Positions 29,871 through 38,112 of a DNA stretch of 44,263 nucleotides are shown in pieces. Source of the stretch: a virus. The notes beneath the pieces were generated by a model. The model saw only the letters and a program-made list of their open reading frames with translations. It made no database searches and was not told the DNA's origin. The stretch's first letter is position 1. Each line of letters opens with the position of its first letter. The position numbers and the translations under genes are program-made. The stretch spans positions 1 to 44,263 of IMG/VR virus record IMGVR_UViG_3300020215_000021; one strand, written 5' to 3'.

Positions 29871-30029
29871 CGCCACCGCTCCATCTGGTGATTCGGTCCT
29901 GCGGTAGCCCCTCCCCGCTCCCGGCTTAACACCGGCAGCGTACCCCGAGGGGTATGTTAGGCCCGCCTCATATGGCTCGCAACTGTATGTGGTTGCCAAT
30001 GAAATGCTCGCAATTTCAAGCTTATCGCC

Positions 30030-30067
30030 GTAGGAACCTGCCTATGATGTTCCTACTTTGTTCCTAT
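30030..30067. repeat. GTAGGAAC / GTTCCTAC inverted repeat plus a direct GTTCCTAT copy, upstream of the P63C-like gene
   Basis: GTAGGAAC at 30030..30037, GTTCCTAC at 30049..30056, GTTCCTAT at 30060..30067. A further GTTCCTAT lies at 30310..30317, over the candidate start codon. Confidence 0.5.
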
Positions 30068-30315
30068 GGCAAGAGGGGCCGTGAGAAAGCCCGGATGTCA
30101 CCGGTCCAACGAATCGTTGACGGGTGCGACTTGGGCGCGAGAAAGTCCGCGCCGGAGAGAACTCCCAACAGGTTTTCCCTCCAACCAACGCTGAGCTGCT
30201 GGGGCTGTGAGGGTGGAATCGCAAAAATCGCGCCGCAGCTAAGCGCTGAAGCACGCACTAAATCATTTATGCGCAATTCTGCTTGCTGCGTCGGTCAGCA
30301 AGCACTACGGTTCCT

Positions 30316-31323
30316 ATGTCAGCAAGCATGGGGGCATGGATGACTGATTCTCCGCAGCAGAAGGGTGGCGTTGCGCGATCGCGCGCGTTGCCCGCACAAG
30401 AACGATCCCGCATCGCGCGCGAGGCCGCAAAGGCCAGATGGGGCGAGGCGAGCGTTACCGCTAAGGCGGGTTCGCCGGACAAGCCGATCAAGATCGGCGG
30501 CATCGAAGTGCCATGCTACGTCCTCGATGACGAGCGCCGGGTGATTGCGACCAACGGCGTTCTGGACGCCCTCGAAATGGCCCGCGGCGGGGCCATGGTG
30601 GGGGGTATGAATCGTTTGGAGCTTTTTGCCGCTCAAAACCGCCTTTCTCCGTATGTTTCCAAGGACTTACTGGCGCGAATCGCTAGTCCGATCCGTTTCC
30701 GTGTCGGCAACAACACAGCGCACGGTTTCGAGTCCGATCTGTTGATTGAATTGGCTGAAGCTGTGGTGGCCGCAGACAATGCCGGGGTCCTGCAGAAGCA
30801 ACAAAGCGCCATTGCGCACCGATGCCGAGTGATCCTGGCGAGCCTTACCCGTATTGGCCTTATCGCGCTTATCGACGAGGCTACAGGCTATCAGAAGAAG
30901 CGCGACGCCGACGAGCTGCAACGCATACTGGCAGCGTACCTGCTGCCTGAGCATCGACCGTGGCTGCAGGTTGTGCCGGAGGAATTCACGAACGAGATTT
31001 ACCGGGTCTACGATTGGCAGCGGAAGCCTCAGAACCGAGGCCCCCGCTACGCTGGCAAGCTGATCCGCCAGCTAGTCTACGAGCGGATGCCTAAGCCCAT
31101 CTTGCCAGCACTCGACGAACGCAATCCGTCCGGTAAGGGCCACCGCCGCAAGCATAAGCACCACCAATTCCTGACGCCTAAGCAGGGCCTCGACCACTTT
31201 CGCAGCCAGATCATCACTATCATGACCTTGTTGCGGATTTCGGCGAACAAGCACGAGTTTAAGACCCATCTGCGCCGCCTCTATGATCCACAGCGTGAGT
31301 TCGATTTCAACCATCGCGCTTGA
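30316..31323 (+). CDS. P63C-domain-like protein (about 335 aa) in a low-GC island
   Basis: The N-terminus (GGVARSRALPAQERSRIAREAAKARWG...PIKIGGIEVPCYVLDDERRVIATNGVLDAL) and the later IDEATGYQKKR match my memory of P63C-type prophage proteins. GC is about 50-55% by eye. The start is uncertain: 30316, 30328 or 30340. Confidence 0.6.
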   Translation: MSASMGAWMTDSPQQKGGVARSRALPAQERSRIAREAAKARWGEASVTAKAGSPDKPIKIGGIEVPCYVLDDERRVIATNGVLDALEMARGGAMVGGMNRLELFAAQNRLSPYVSKDLLARIASPIRFRVGNNTAHGFESDLLIELAEAVVAADNAGVLQKQQSAIAHRCRVILASLTRIGLIALIDEATGYQKKRDADELQRILAAYLLPEHRPWLQVVPEEFTNEIYRVYDWQRKPQNRGPRYAGKLIRQLVYERMPKPILPALDERNPSGKGHRRKHKHHQFLTPKQGLDHFRSQIITIMTLLRISANKHEFKTHLRRLYDPQREFDFNHRA

Positions 31324-31404
31324 CGGGCGCAGCCCTACCAACCAGGTATGTTCGACGGGATCGAAGAAGAGTAGCCCCTCACGGCCCCCGCCCCGCGTCC
31401 CCAA

Positions 31405-31434
31405 CCCCGCCCGCTCCGGCCGGCGGGGTTTTTT
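31405..31434 (+). terminator. Rho-independent terminator after the P63C-like gene
   Basis: CCCCGCC (31405..31411) pairs with GGCGGGG (31422..31428) and is followed by TTTTTT. Confidence 0.85.
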
Positions 31435-31446
31435 GTGCGCGCAATC

Positions 31447-31489
31447 TTGCGATTTTCGCATTGACTTGATGTTGCGGTTATCGCAAGAT
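31447..31489 (+). promoter_or_regulatory. Second early promoter with two operators
   Basis: TTGACT (31461..31466), a 17-nt spacer, then CAAGAT (31484..31489). Operators are TTGCGATTTTCGCAT (31447..31461) and TTGCGGTTATCGCAA (31472..31486). Confidence 0.55.
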
Positions 31490-31562
31490 GGGTCTCACCA
31501 GATGACGGCAGTTTCCTCCCGCCCGTCGCCCTGGTCCGGCATCCGAAGGCCGGTGAACTTGG

Positions 31563-31606
31563 CCCCGACGCGCTGACACACAGGCTGCGTCGGGGCCGCC
31601 CTCTCA
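31563..31606 (+). repeat. 44-bp hairpin-containing direct repeat, copy 1
   Basis: CCCCGACGCGCTGACACACAGGCTGCGTCGGGGCCGCCCTCTCA. The stem is CCCCGACGC/GCGTCGGGG with a 15-nt loop. It ends 4 nt before the ATG at 31611. Confidence 0.95.
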
Positions 31607-31610
31607 GACG

Positions 31611-32087
31611 ATGGAGAGCACGGTGCATCTTCTGGACGCGATGACGGTGGTGGAGCGGCTGGACGACCTGCTCGACACCCTGCGCGACTACGCCGATCCC
31701 AAGACCTACGTGGGCTTCGATTGGGTCCGCACCGTCGAGCACGTTTTCGAGGGCGTGGACTGGGTCATCGGCGAGGTCGAGGCGATCAACAAGTTCGCCC
31801 CCAACAGCCTGATCGTCGGTAAGCCGCTGGGCTATCTCGGCCGCGACCGCATCCGCACGCTGCACGCCGCGCTGACCAAGGTGGCGCTCATCGCCAGTGA
31901 CGCGCGGGCCGGCGGCGATCTGGAGGACCGCTGCGGCGACTTCCGCGATGCCGCTGATTTCCTCGGAGACGTGCTGGAGCGGCTCTCCGCCGTCTGCTGG
32001 TACCGCGAGGGCGCCGCCTGTGAAGACCTCGGCTGGGCCGGCTGGCACGGCAACACCGAGGCCGTCGCCTCCCGCCTCAACACCTAA
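31611..32087 (+). CDS. Hypothetical protein (158 aa) flanked by the 44-bp repeats
   Basis: ORF track. No SD precedes the ATG. Confidence 0.6.
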   Translation: MESTVHLLDAMTVVERLDDLLDTLRDYADPKTYVGFDWVRTVEHVFEGVDWVIGEVEAINKFAPNSLIVGKPLGYLGRDRIRTLHAALTKVALIASDARAGGDLEDRCGDFRDAADFLGDVLERLSAVCWYREGAACEDLGWAGWHGNTEAVASRLNT

Positions 32088-32095
32088 CCCCCTGT

Positions 32096-32139
32096 CCCCG
32101 ACGCGCTGACACACAGGCTGCGTCGGGGCCGCCCTCTCA
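32096..32139 (+). repeat. 44-bp hairpin-containing direct repeat, copy 2
   Basis: Identical to 31563..31606. It is followed by an SD (AGGAG) and the ATG at 32152. Confidence 0.95.
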
Positions 32140-32151
32140 AGGAGATGACCG

Positions 32152-32343
32152 ATGCGGACCTACTATCTGGCTTCCATGAATGACGCGCTGTTCATCATCG
32201 ATCAGCCACCGCATCCGTCCACCGACCCCGGCCCGGCCCATCACAAGCGCGGCCCAACGTTCGTTGAACCGTGGGGCGCCGATCGAGTTGGCGCGGAGAA
32301 GCGCTTGGCGGAACTCAATGCCGCCTCTCCGGAGGCCGCGTGA
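32152..32343 (+). CDS. Hypothetical protein (63 aa)
   Basis: ORF track; SD AGGAG. Confidence 0.6.
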   Translation: MRTYYLASMNDALFIIDQPPHPSTDPGPAHHKRGPTFVEPWGADRVGAEKRLAELNAASPEAA

Positions 32344-32687
32344 TGACCACCACCCCCACCAATACCACGCCCCCTCAGAGCGCGTGGAAGGGGCCGTACT
32401 TCGCTGAATGCGGCAACCTCTGGCTCCGGAACCCGGATGGCATCTTGGTCGCCATCGGATGTGCGCGAGGCGAGGACGACGAGCGGGACGAAGAGTTCGT
32501 TGCCGAACGCCTCGCCGCCCTCCTGAACGCCGGCGCCCATGCGGACGCGATGTATGCGGCGCTGGAGAGGGCGCTGGGCCATCTCAGCGAAGTCAATCCG
32601 GCCGACCCCATCAGGTCCGGATGGGCCATCAGGGACGCGAAGATCGCACTTCGCGCCGCCCTCACCTCAGCCCGGGAGGGCCAGTAA
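32343..32687 (+). CDS. Hypothetical protein (114 aa)
   Basis: The ATG at 32343 overlaps the upstream stop (TGATG). Confidence 0.6.
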   Translation: MTTTPTNTTPPQSAWKGPYFAECGNLWLRNPDGILVAIGCARGEDDERDEEFVAERLAALLNAGAHADAMYAALERALGHLSEVNPADPIRSGWAIRDAKIALRAALTSAREGQ

Positions 32688-32992
32688 TGGACACCCGGAA
32701 CGACACACAGGGCTGGCAGCCGATAGAGACGGCGCCGAGGGACGGCAGCCTGTTCGATGCGTGGACGCCACAATATGGAGGCTTTCGCGTGCCGGGCACT
32801 TTCTGGAAGCGCGCCATCTGCAATGGCGAGGATGTAGGCGCGTGGTGGGCCCTTTCCATCATCGGCCGGAGCGGCGTTGACGGGCGTCAGACCTACAAGG
32901 GTGACCCGAGGGGCCACGCCATCGCTGATGTGCCCTTTACCCTGACGCACTGGATGCCCCTCCCGCCCCCGCCCACCAGCAAGGGGAGCTGA
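32687..32992 (+). CDS. Hypothetical protein with a GWQPIETAPRDG motif (DUF551-like, tentative)
   Basis: The ATG at 32687 overlaps the upstream TAA (TAATG). I recall this motif as common in alphaproteobacterial phage proteins. Confidence 0.55.
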   Translation: MDTRNDTQGWQPIETAPRDGSLFDAWTPQYGGFRVPGTFWKRAICNGEDVGAWWALSIIGRSGVDGRQTYKGDPRGHAIADVPFTLTHWMPLPPPPTSKGS

Positions 32993-32995
32993 GCC

Positions 32996-33169
32996 ATGGC
33001 CGACCGCCTGTCTCTCCATGGCCGCATCTACGCCGTCCACTGCGCAGACGCCACGCTGGACCGCTACCGGCCCTACCGCCCGTCCCGCCCCGCAGCCATT
33101 GCGGTGGCGCTGTCTCTCACCGCGCTCCTGGCCGTGTGCCTGGAGGCCTTGATGGAGATCGTGCGATGA
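32996..33169 (+). CDS. Small tail-anchored membrane protein (57 aa)
   Basis: Not in the ORF track. SD GGGGAG. C-terminal hydrophobic segment AAIAVALSLTALLAVCLEAL. Its stop overlaps the next ATG. Confidence 0.5.
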   Translation: MADRLSLHGRIYAVHCADATLDRYRPYRPSRPAAIAVALSLTALLAVCLEALMEIVR

Positions 33170-33567
33170 ACGCCATTTCCCCGCTCTCCCACCTCGCCTC
33201 CGACGCGATGACGTGGGGCCAGATCAAGGCCAGCCTCCGCAGCCTAAGCCGCTCCCTGCCCGAGGGCGAATGGCTGGCCGTCTACCTCAACGTGGACAAG
33301 GACGGCACCTCCCCCGACGACGTGTCGACCGCCCCCGCCATCGCCCACTGGCACATCCCGGCGGACAGCATCTTCTACACGACCCGCACCGTGGCGGTGT
33401 CCGACCACATCGGCGCGCTGCTCTATCACACCCGCCGGTACCTGGCCCTGGCCCCGGCCGAGCGGGCGAAGTGGATGCCCCCGGTGGATGCCGAGCGGGA
33501 GATGCGCGAGGCCGCCCGGGTGGAGACGCTGTCCACGCCGGTCCTCAACATCGCGGCGGCGGGGTGA
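33166..33567 (+). CDS. Hypothetical protein (133 aa)
   Basis: ATG at 33166 (ATGA overlap). Confidence 0.6.
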   Translation: MNAISPLSHLASDAMTWGQIKASLRSLSRSLPEGEWLAVYLNVDKDGTSPDDVSTAPAIAHWHIPADSIFYTTRTVAVSDHIGALLYHTRRYLALAPAERAKWMPPVDAEREMREAARVETLSTPVLNIAAAG

Positions 33568-33570
33568 GCC

Positions 33571-34077
33571 ATGGACACCGCCGCCCTCTTCAACGCCGCC
33601 CGCACCGAGATCGAGGCCCGCGGCTGCCCGGAAGCGGTCCCGATGTTCAACCGCTGCGCCGGCCCCAAGCGCGGCCTCCTGCTGGGCAACGCCAAGCTGG
33701 TACGCCTCGACACCTTCACCTGGCTCCTCACCGCCCCCGGCCTGCGGGCCGTGTACGAGGGCCGGTGGGAGGACGACCCGGTGTCCATCACCGAGGGCGA
33801 TGCCGAGGCCCTGCAAGCCCTCGTGGACGCCCTCCCTGGCATGGTCGCCCCCGATGAGCTGGAGCGCGCCAAGGAGGCCCGGGAGCGGCGGGAGTTCGAC
33901 GAGGGGCTTGTGGCCGCAGGGCAGGCGGTGATCGCCGAGGCCCGCGCCCGTGACGAAGCCGTCGCCCGCACCAAGGGCATGACCCTGGAACAGTACCGCG
34001 CCTGGCGCGCCGACACAGTGCGGGAGCAGCGAGAGGACCGCATCCGCGCGGCCCTCTACTCGGCCCGCTTCCACTGA
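33571..34077 (+). CDS. Hypothetical protein (168 aa)
   Basis: ORF track. Confidence 0.6.
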   Translation: MDTAALFNAARTEIEARGCPEAVPMFNRCAGPKRGLLLGNAKLVRLDTFTWLLTAPGLRAVYEGRWEDDPVSITEGDAEALQALVDALPGMVAPDELERAKEARERREFDEGLVAAGQAVIAEARARDEAVARTKGMTLEQYRAWRADTVREQREDRIRAALYSARFH

Positions 34078-34103
34078 TCCCTACAGCCCCGTGAGGCCGC
34101 CCT

Positions 34104-34313
34104 ATGAGCCAGACCACGAAGAAAGTCCAGATCGCCCTCTGCATCGACCGCCAAGGCGATATCGGCGTGTCTCCCGTGCTCGACGGCGACACTGAGGACG
34201 CGCTGCGCTGGGCGTCTGACCACCTGCTCGACGGCGAGGCCCGGTACATCGTCGAAGTGGAAGTGGCGCTGCCCACCGTCCCGACAATCCAGGCCACCGC
34301 AGAGCCGGCCTAA
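34104..34313 (+). CDS. Hypothetical protein (69 aa)
   Basis: ORF track. Confidence 0.55.
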   Translation: MSQTTKKVQIALCIDRQGDIGVSPVLDGDTEDALRWASDHLLDGEARYIVEVEVALPTVPTIQATAEPA

Positions 34314-34350
34314 CCCTCCCATCTCCCCGAAAGCCCCCAGAGGTGGCGTG

Positions 34351-34950
34351 ATGGCTACGCTGAAGCCCGAACTGAAGACGATCCTCGAACGCTACGGCAT
34401 CGACCCCCGCGACAAGTCGCAGGTATGGGACTGCCACGGAACCCTGGTCCTCTACCACAAGGCCTACGAGATCATCGCGGCCAAGGAGGGCATCCGGTTC
34501 GACCCGCCTACCGTGATCGAGGCCAGCAGCAAGGACAAGACCGTCTCCCTGCTGGTGGTGGGCCACATGGACAACCGGTCGGAGTGGTCCATCGGTGAGG
34601 CGGCGCCGGGCAACTGCAAGAACGCCTATCCCTACGCCATGGCCGAGAAGCGGGCGAAGGATCGCGTCATCGCCAAGCTGGTGGGGCTGGCGGCCTACGT
34701 CTACAGCGAGGACGAGGCTGACGAGTTCAAGGACGCCAAGCCGTCGGCGCGGAAGGGCGGCGCCTCCGCCGATCCGGTCGGTGTCGCCCTCGCCGTGATG
34801 GATGGCTTCGACACGCTGGCCGACCTGGGTGAGTTCTGGGCCGCCAACGCCAAGAACCTGAAGCGCGACCTGTCCGAGGACGACTTCCGCCGGGTCGAGG
34901 CCCACAAGGACGCCCGCAAGGCCGCCCTGTCCCAGCAGAGGGCGGCCTGA
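34351..34950 (+). CDS. Candidate Rad52/Sak-like single-strand annealing protein
   Basis: NAYPYAMAEKRAKDRVIAKLVGLAAYVYSEDE resembles the conserved helix-hairpin region of Sak/Rad52-type annealases as I recall it. The gene lies in a recombination-module context. Confidence 0.4.
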   Translation: MATLKPELKTILERYGIDPRDKSQVWDCHGTLVLYHKAYEIIAAKEGIRFDPPTVIEASSKDKTVSLLVVGHMDNRSEWSIGEAAPGNCKNAYPYAMAEKRAKDRVIAKLVGLAAYVYSEDEADEFKDAKPSARKGGASADPVGVALAVMDGFDTLADLGEFWAANAKNLKRDLSEDDFRRVEAHKDARKAALSQQRAA

Positions 34951-34952
34951 CC

Positions 34953-35381
34953 ATGTCCGCCCCCCTCCTCCTCCGCCGCACCCTCTCCGGCTTCGAGCCT
35001 GCCAACGACCTCTCCGCCGAGCTGGTCCGCAAGGTGAAGCTTGGCGAGGTGGTGAAGTGCGAGCTGAAGCGCCCGCGCTCTCTGCCCTGGCACGCACGCT
35101 ACTGGGCCCTCGTCTCCCTGGTGAGCGACAACAGCTCCCGCACCCCGGACGAGGTGCACGCCCTGTTCAAGCTCAAGGCCGGGCTGGTGAAGCGGCTGGA
35201 GGGGCGCAACGGCACCGTCTGGGCCATCCCCGACAGCATCGCCTTCCACGCCATGTCGCGCGAGGAGTGGGCGGTCTACTGGGACAAGGTGGTCGCCATC
35301 GTCTGCAACGACCTGCTGCCCGGCGTGACCGAGGAGCAGCTTGGGGCGGAACTGCGCAAGCTGGTCGGCGAGGTCGCGTGA
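34953..35381 (+). CDS. DUF1367-like phage protein
   Basis: KLGEVVKCELKRPRSLPWHARYWALV...SIAFHAMSREEWAVYW parallels lambdoid DUF1367 proteins from memory. Confidence 0.5.
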   Translation: MSAPLLLRRTLSGFEPANDLSAELVRKVKLGEVVKCELKRPRSLPWHARYWALVSLVSDNSSRTPDEVHALFKLKAGLVKRLEGRNGTVWAIPDSIAFHAMSREEWAVYWDKVVAIVCNDLLPGVTEEQLGAELRKLVGEVA

Positions 35382-35824
35382 TGGCCCTCCCCGCCCGCAT
35401 CTCCCGCGATGTCCCCGGCCGCTCCGCCGTCAAGGAACAGGCCAAGAAGGAGCGCGAGGCCGCCTCGCACGTCCGCCTGGTCGGCAATCTCACCTGCCCC
35501 ATCACCGGCGCCACCAGCAACGTGGACGCCCACCACCTGATGCGCCCCGAGCCGGGCGCCCGGGGGATGGGGCTGAAGTCAGCGGGCCGGTGGACGATCC
35601 CCCTGCATCGATCGATCCACGAGGAGATCACCCGGCAGGGCGACCCCGAGGCGTACCTGATGGAGAGGTACGGCCTCGATGCCCGCGCCCTCGCCGCCGC
35701 CCTGTGGACCGTCTCCCCCGACGTGGAAGAGATGGAGCGCGTCGTCTTCCGCGCTTTCCAGAAGGTCCAGACCTTTCTCTCCGGCCCCTCCCGGCATCCC
35801 TGGAGGGGCGTGGTATCGCCGTGA
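35381..35824 (+). CDS. HNH-type nuclease-like protein (Ref/DUF968-like, tentative)
   Basis: CPITGATSNVDAHHLM...GMGLKSAGRWTIPLHRSIHEEI. The ATG overlaps the upstream stop. Confidence 0.4.
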   Translation: MALPARISRDVPGRSAVKEQAKKEREAASHVRLVGNLTCPITGATSNVDAHHLMRPEPGARGMGLKSAGRWTIPLHRSIHEEITRQGDPEAYLMERYGLDARALAAALWTVSPDVEEMERVVFRAFQKVQTFLSGPSRHPWRGVVSP

Positions 35825-35847
35825 CGCCCGTCTAGGAGCCTGACCCC

Positions 35848-36201
35848 ATGCCCATGATGCAAGTCACCGACGAGCAGTTCGACCGGCTGGAGGCCGCCCT
35901 GAAGCACCGGGAGGCCGTCGATGTCGAGGATATCCCCGACGAGAAGGCGGCGCTCTACGTCATGTTCCGCGGCTTCGACCGCCTGCGGAAGCTGGGTTGG
36001 CGGGAGGTGACGTACTGCCCGCGCGACGGCAAGACGGTGGAGCTGATTGAGCCGGGATCGACCGGCATCCACCGCGGCTACCGGGACGAGAAGGGCGCCT
36101 TCTGGGTGGTTGATGACGACGTGTGGCCGTCCCGGCCCTGTCTCTGGCGGCCCGTGCAAGCCCCTGATCCCGCTCCGCATTCAAGCAACACCGTCAAGTA
36201 A
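35848..36201 (+). CDS. Hypothetical protein (117 aa)
   Basis: ORF track. Confidence 0.6.
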   Translation: MPMMQVTDEQFDRLEAALKHREAVDVEDIPDEKAALYVMFRGFDRLRKLGWREVTYCPRDGKTVELIEPGSTGIHRGYRDEKGAFWVVDDDVWPSRPCLWRPVQAPDPAPHSSNTVK

Positions 36202-36254
36202 TGCCCTGCGGCTTTACAGCGACGAACGACTGATTTCCGGAAAGGGACCCCGCC

Positions 36255-36467
36255 ATGACCACGGACATTGAGCTGACCGCGATAGACCTCAAGCGCCAGG
36301 TGCTGGAGCTGGAGGAGATGCTGGTCGACCTCGTTGATGGCAACGACGCCAGCGACCTCATGGACGCCACGGACCTGCCACTCGACCGCTGCCAGGAGAT
36401 CGAGGCACGGGCCCAGCAGATCATCGCCCGCGACCGCGCCGAGCGCCGCGCTCGGGCCTCACGCTGA
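36255..36467 (+). CDS. Hypothetical acidic protein (70 aa)
   Basis: ORF track. Confidence 0.55.
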   Translation: MTTDIELTAIDLKRQVLELEEMLVDLVDGNDASDLMDATDLPLDRCQEIEARAQQIIARDRAERRARASR

Positions 36468-36490
36468 CCAACCCTTCAAGGAGAGCGGCC

Positions 36491-36781
36491 ATGGCCGACC
36501 CCATCCAGAAGCTCGACGTTTTGATCGACGCCAACGCCGCTGCGGCGCTGGACGCCACCGACGAAGACGCACTCGCGGAGGCAACGGAAATCGCCGCGGC
36601 GGAGCCGGAGCGCGTCCGCTGCACCGAGTGCGGCTGGGAGGGCGACATGACCGAGCTGGACGGCCCCGAGGGCGATTGCCCCGACGAGGGCTGCGCAAAC
36701 ACGGCCATCGTCTCCGACCCGCCGGCCGACCGCCTCCGCCGGGTCATCAAGGACGCCGTACGGCAGGCCACCAGGCCGTAA
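36491..36781 (+). CDS. Hypothetical zinc-ribbon-like protein (96 aa)
   Basis: CTECGW...CPDEGC. Confidence 0.55.
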   Translation: MADPIQKLDVLIDANAAAALDATDEDALAEATEIAAAEPERVRCTECGWEGDMTELDGPEGDCPDEGCANTAIVSDPPADRLRRVIKDAVRQATRP

Positions 36782-36803
36782 CGCTGACCAAGGACCAAAA
36801 GCC

Positions 36804-37133
36804 ATGAGCATTGAACGCAGCAAGGAATGGTGGTTGGAGCGCGCCAAGCGCGAAGGCGATACCGAGGTGGGCGCGGGCCTGCCCGACCCAATGGAGGCGA
36901 CCATGACCGAAGAACAGATCAGGGCGATGGTGGACCGCTTCCTCCAGTGGAAGCTGCCGGCTGACTTCCGCCCCGATGGCGGGATCAGCTTCAAGCCGAT
37001 CCGCAACGAGGGCACGGCCTTTGAGGGCAGGAACGAGCCTGTGGGCACCAATCTCCTGACTGCCACCCAGGCGGAGGCGATGGTGCGGTTCATGGTCGAA
37101 GGGCTGCCGATCACCAAGGGGACCACGCCATGA
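36804..37133 (+). CDS. Hypothetical protein (109 aa)
   Basis: ORF track. Confidence 0.6.
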   Translation: MSIERSKEWWLERAKREGDTEVGAGLPDPMEATMTEEQIRAMVDRFLQWKLPADFRPDGGISFKPIRNEGTAFEGRNEPVGTNLLTATQAEAMVRFMVEGLPITKGTTP

Positions 37134-37399
37134 AGACGATGCGGATTGTCCTTCGCGTGACCGTCACCGGAGACACGCCAGTCGGGGGTGAGCCGATCCC
37201 CGATGCCGACCTTCCGAGCGTCGTTGCCGACTATGTGCAGGAGCTGGTGATGGACAACTGGCGCGACAAGCACGGACAAGCGCCGCCCCTTGCCGGGTGC
37301 GTTGCACTCGGGCCGCTGTCCGGCCCTGTCGAGGAAATCAACAACGCGCCGCGCGGTGGCCTTTCGGCCGACATCGCCGCCGTCCTGTCTCGAAACTGA
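37130..37399 (+). CDS. Hypothetical protein (89 aa)
   Basis: ATGA overlap with the upstream gene. Confidence 0.6.
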   Translation: MKTMRIVLRVTVTGDTPVGGEPIPDADLPSVVADYVQELVMDNWRDKHGQAPPLAGCVALGPLSGPVEEINNAPRGGLSADIAAVLSRN

Positions 37400-37411
37400 A
37401 GGTCCAGCCCC

Positions 37412-37660
37412 ATGGCCGAAGAGAACCGCTTCCCCACCATCAACGACGCCATTGAGGTGCTGACCGAGCTGGCGAAGGAGGGCTTCGGGGAACTGCCGAT
37501 CCAAATCATCGCGGTCCCGGACAGCACCATCCAGGCCCTCACGAAGTGCAGCGGGGCGATCATGGTCGACTACGACCCCGAGCATGGCCGACTGCCGGTC
37601 GGGCTCATCACGGTCAACCGCATCGCCGGCGACCCGATGCCGACCACCAGCCGCAACTAA
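37412..37660 (+). CDS. Hypothetical protein (82 aa)
   Basis: ORF track. Confidence 0.6.
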   Translation: MAEENRFPTINDAIEVLTELAKEGFGELPIQIIAVPDSTIQALTKCSGAIMVDYDPEHGRLPVGLITVNRIAGDPMPTTSRN

Positions 37661-37682
37661 GGCGAACGCCCCGGAGCCCGCG

Positions 37683-37880
37683 ATGCCCACACCCCGAGAC
37701 ATAGCCCGAGAGATCGCCATGCTCTCCACCGCCCCATCCCCGGAGGCCAGCCACGCGGCCCCTCGTGGAAACTGCCCGGCATGCGACGGCACGGGGGCCT
37801 TCGCCGCGGGCGAAGTGGTGGAGGCTTGCGCGAACTGCGACGGCACGGGGTGCGTCCAGGAGGCCAGCCATGAAGCCTGA
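37683..37880 (+). CDS. Small DnaJ-type CxxCxGxG zinc-finger protein (65 aa)
   Basis: CPACDGTG...CANCDGTG. ATG at 37683. Confidence 0.55.
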   Translation: MPTPRDIAREIAMLSTAPSPEASHAAPRGNCPACDGTGAFAAGEVVEACANCDGTGCVQEASHEA

Positions 37881-38112
37881 GGAGATCGTGGTGGGAGGGG
37901 TGTACGAGGGGCCGTCGCCCTGGGTTCGCATCCTTGAGGTGCGGGGTTTCCTGCCGGCGCCATCGATCATCGAGCGCCCGGGAGTGGTACGGGTCTGCGA
38001 GCCGGGAATGCCTCCGGATTGGCCGCTGCATGAGATGTGGAGCGACGACTTCGCCCGCTGGGCCACCCGCCGCCTCGACACCCAATCATCCGAGGGAGGG
38101 GCGCATGGGTAG
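37870..38112 (+). CDS. Hypothetical protein (80 aa)
   Basis: ATG at 37870, overlapping the upstream gene by 11 nt. Confidence 0.55.
   Translation: MKPEEIVVGGVYEGPSPWVRILEVRGFLPAPSIIERPGVVRVCEPGMPPDWPLHEMWSDDFARWATRRLDTQSSEGGAHG

Noticed and set aside
31335-32114. 259-aa minus-strand ORF spanning the terminator, promoter and gene 31611..32087
   Set aside because: It runs through a rho-independent terminator and an operator/promoter region, and it lies antisense to a plus-strand operon. Its composition is shadow-like.
22212-36238. 10-mer ACTGATTTCC at 22212, 22269 and 36229, plus ACTGATTC at 30343
   Set aside because: Two copies are explained by the in-frame peptide repeat in 21972..22295. 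The other two are isolated. 10-mer coincidences are expected in 44 kb, so I made no regulatory claim.
36461-36795. 11-mer ACGCTGACCAA after two consecutive stop codons (36461 and 36781)
   Set aside because: An 11-mer pair is within chance expectation for this length. There is no further similarity in the flanks.
33244-37963. Large minus-strand ORFs 33244..34074, 34102..35097, 35173..36180 and 36476..37963 across the plus-strand early operon
   Set aside because: Each overlaps several tightly coupled plus-strand genes with good SDs and ATGA/TGATG junctions. Their products are Arg/Gly/Ala/Pro-rich shadows.
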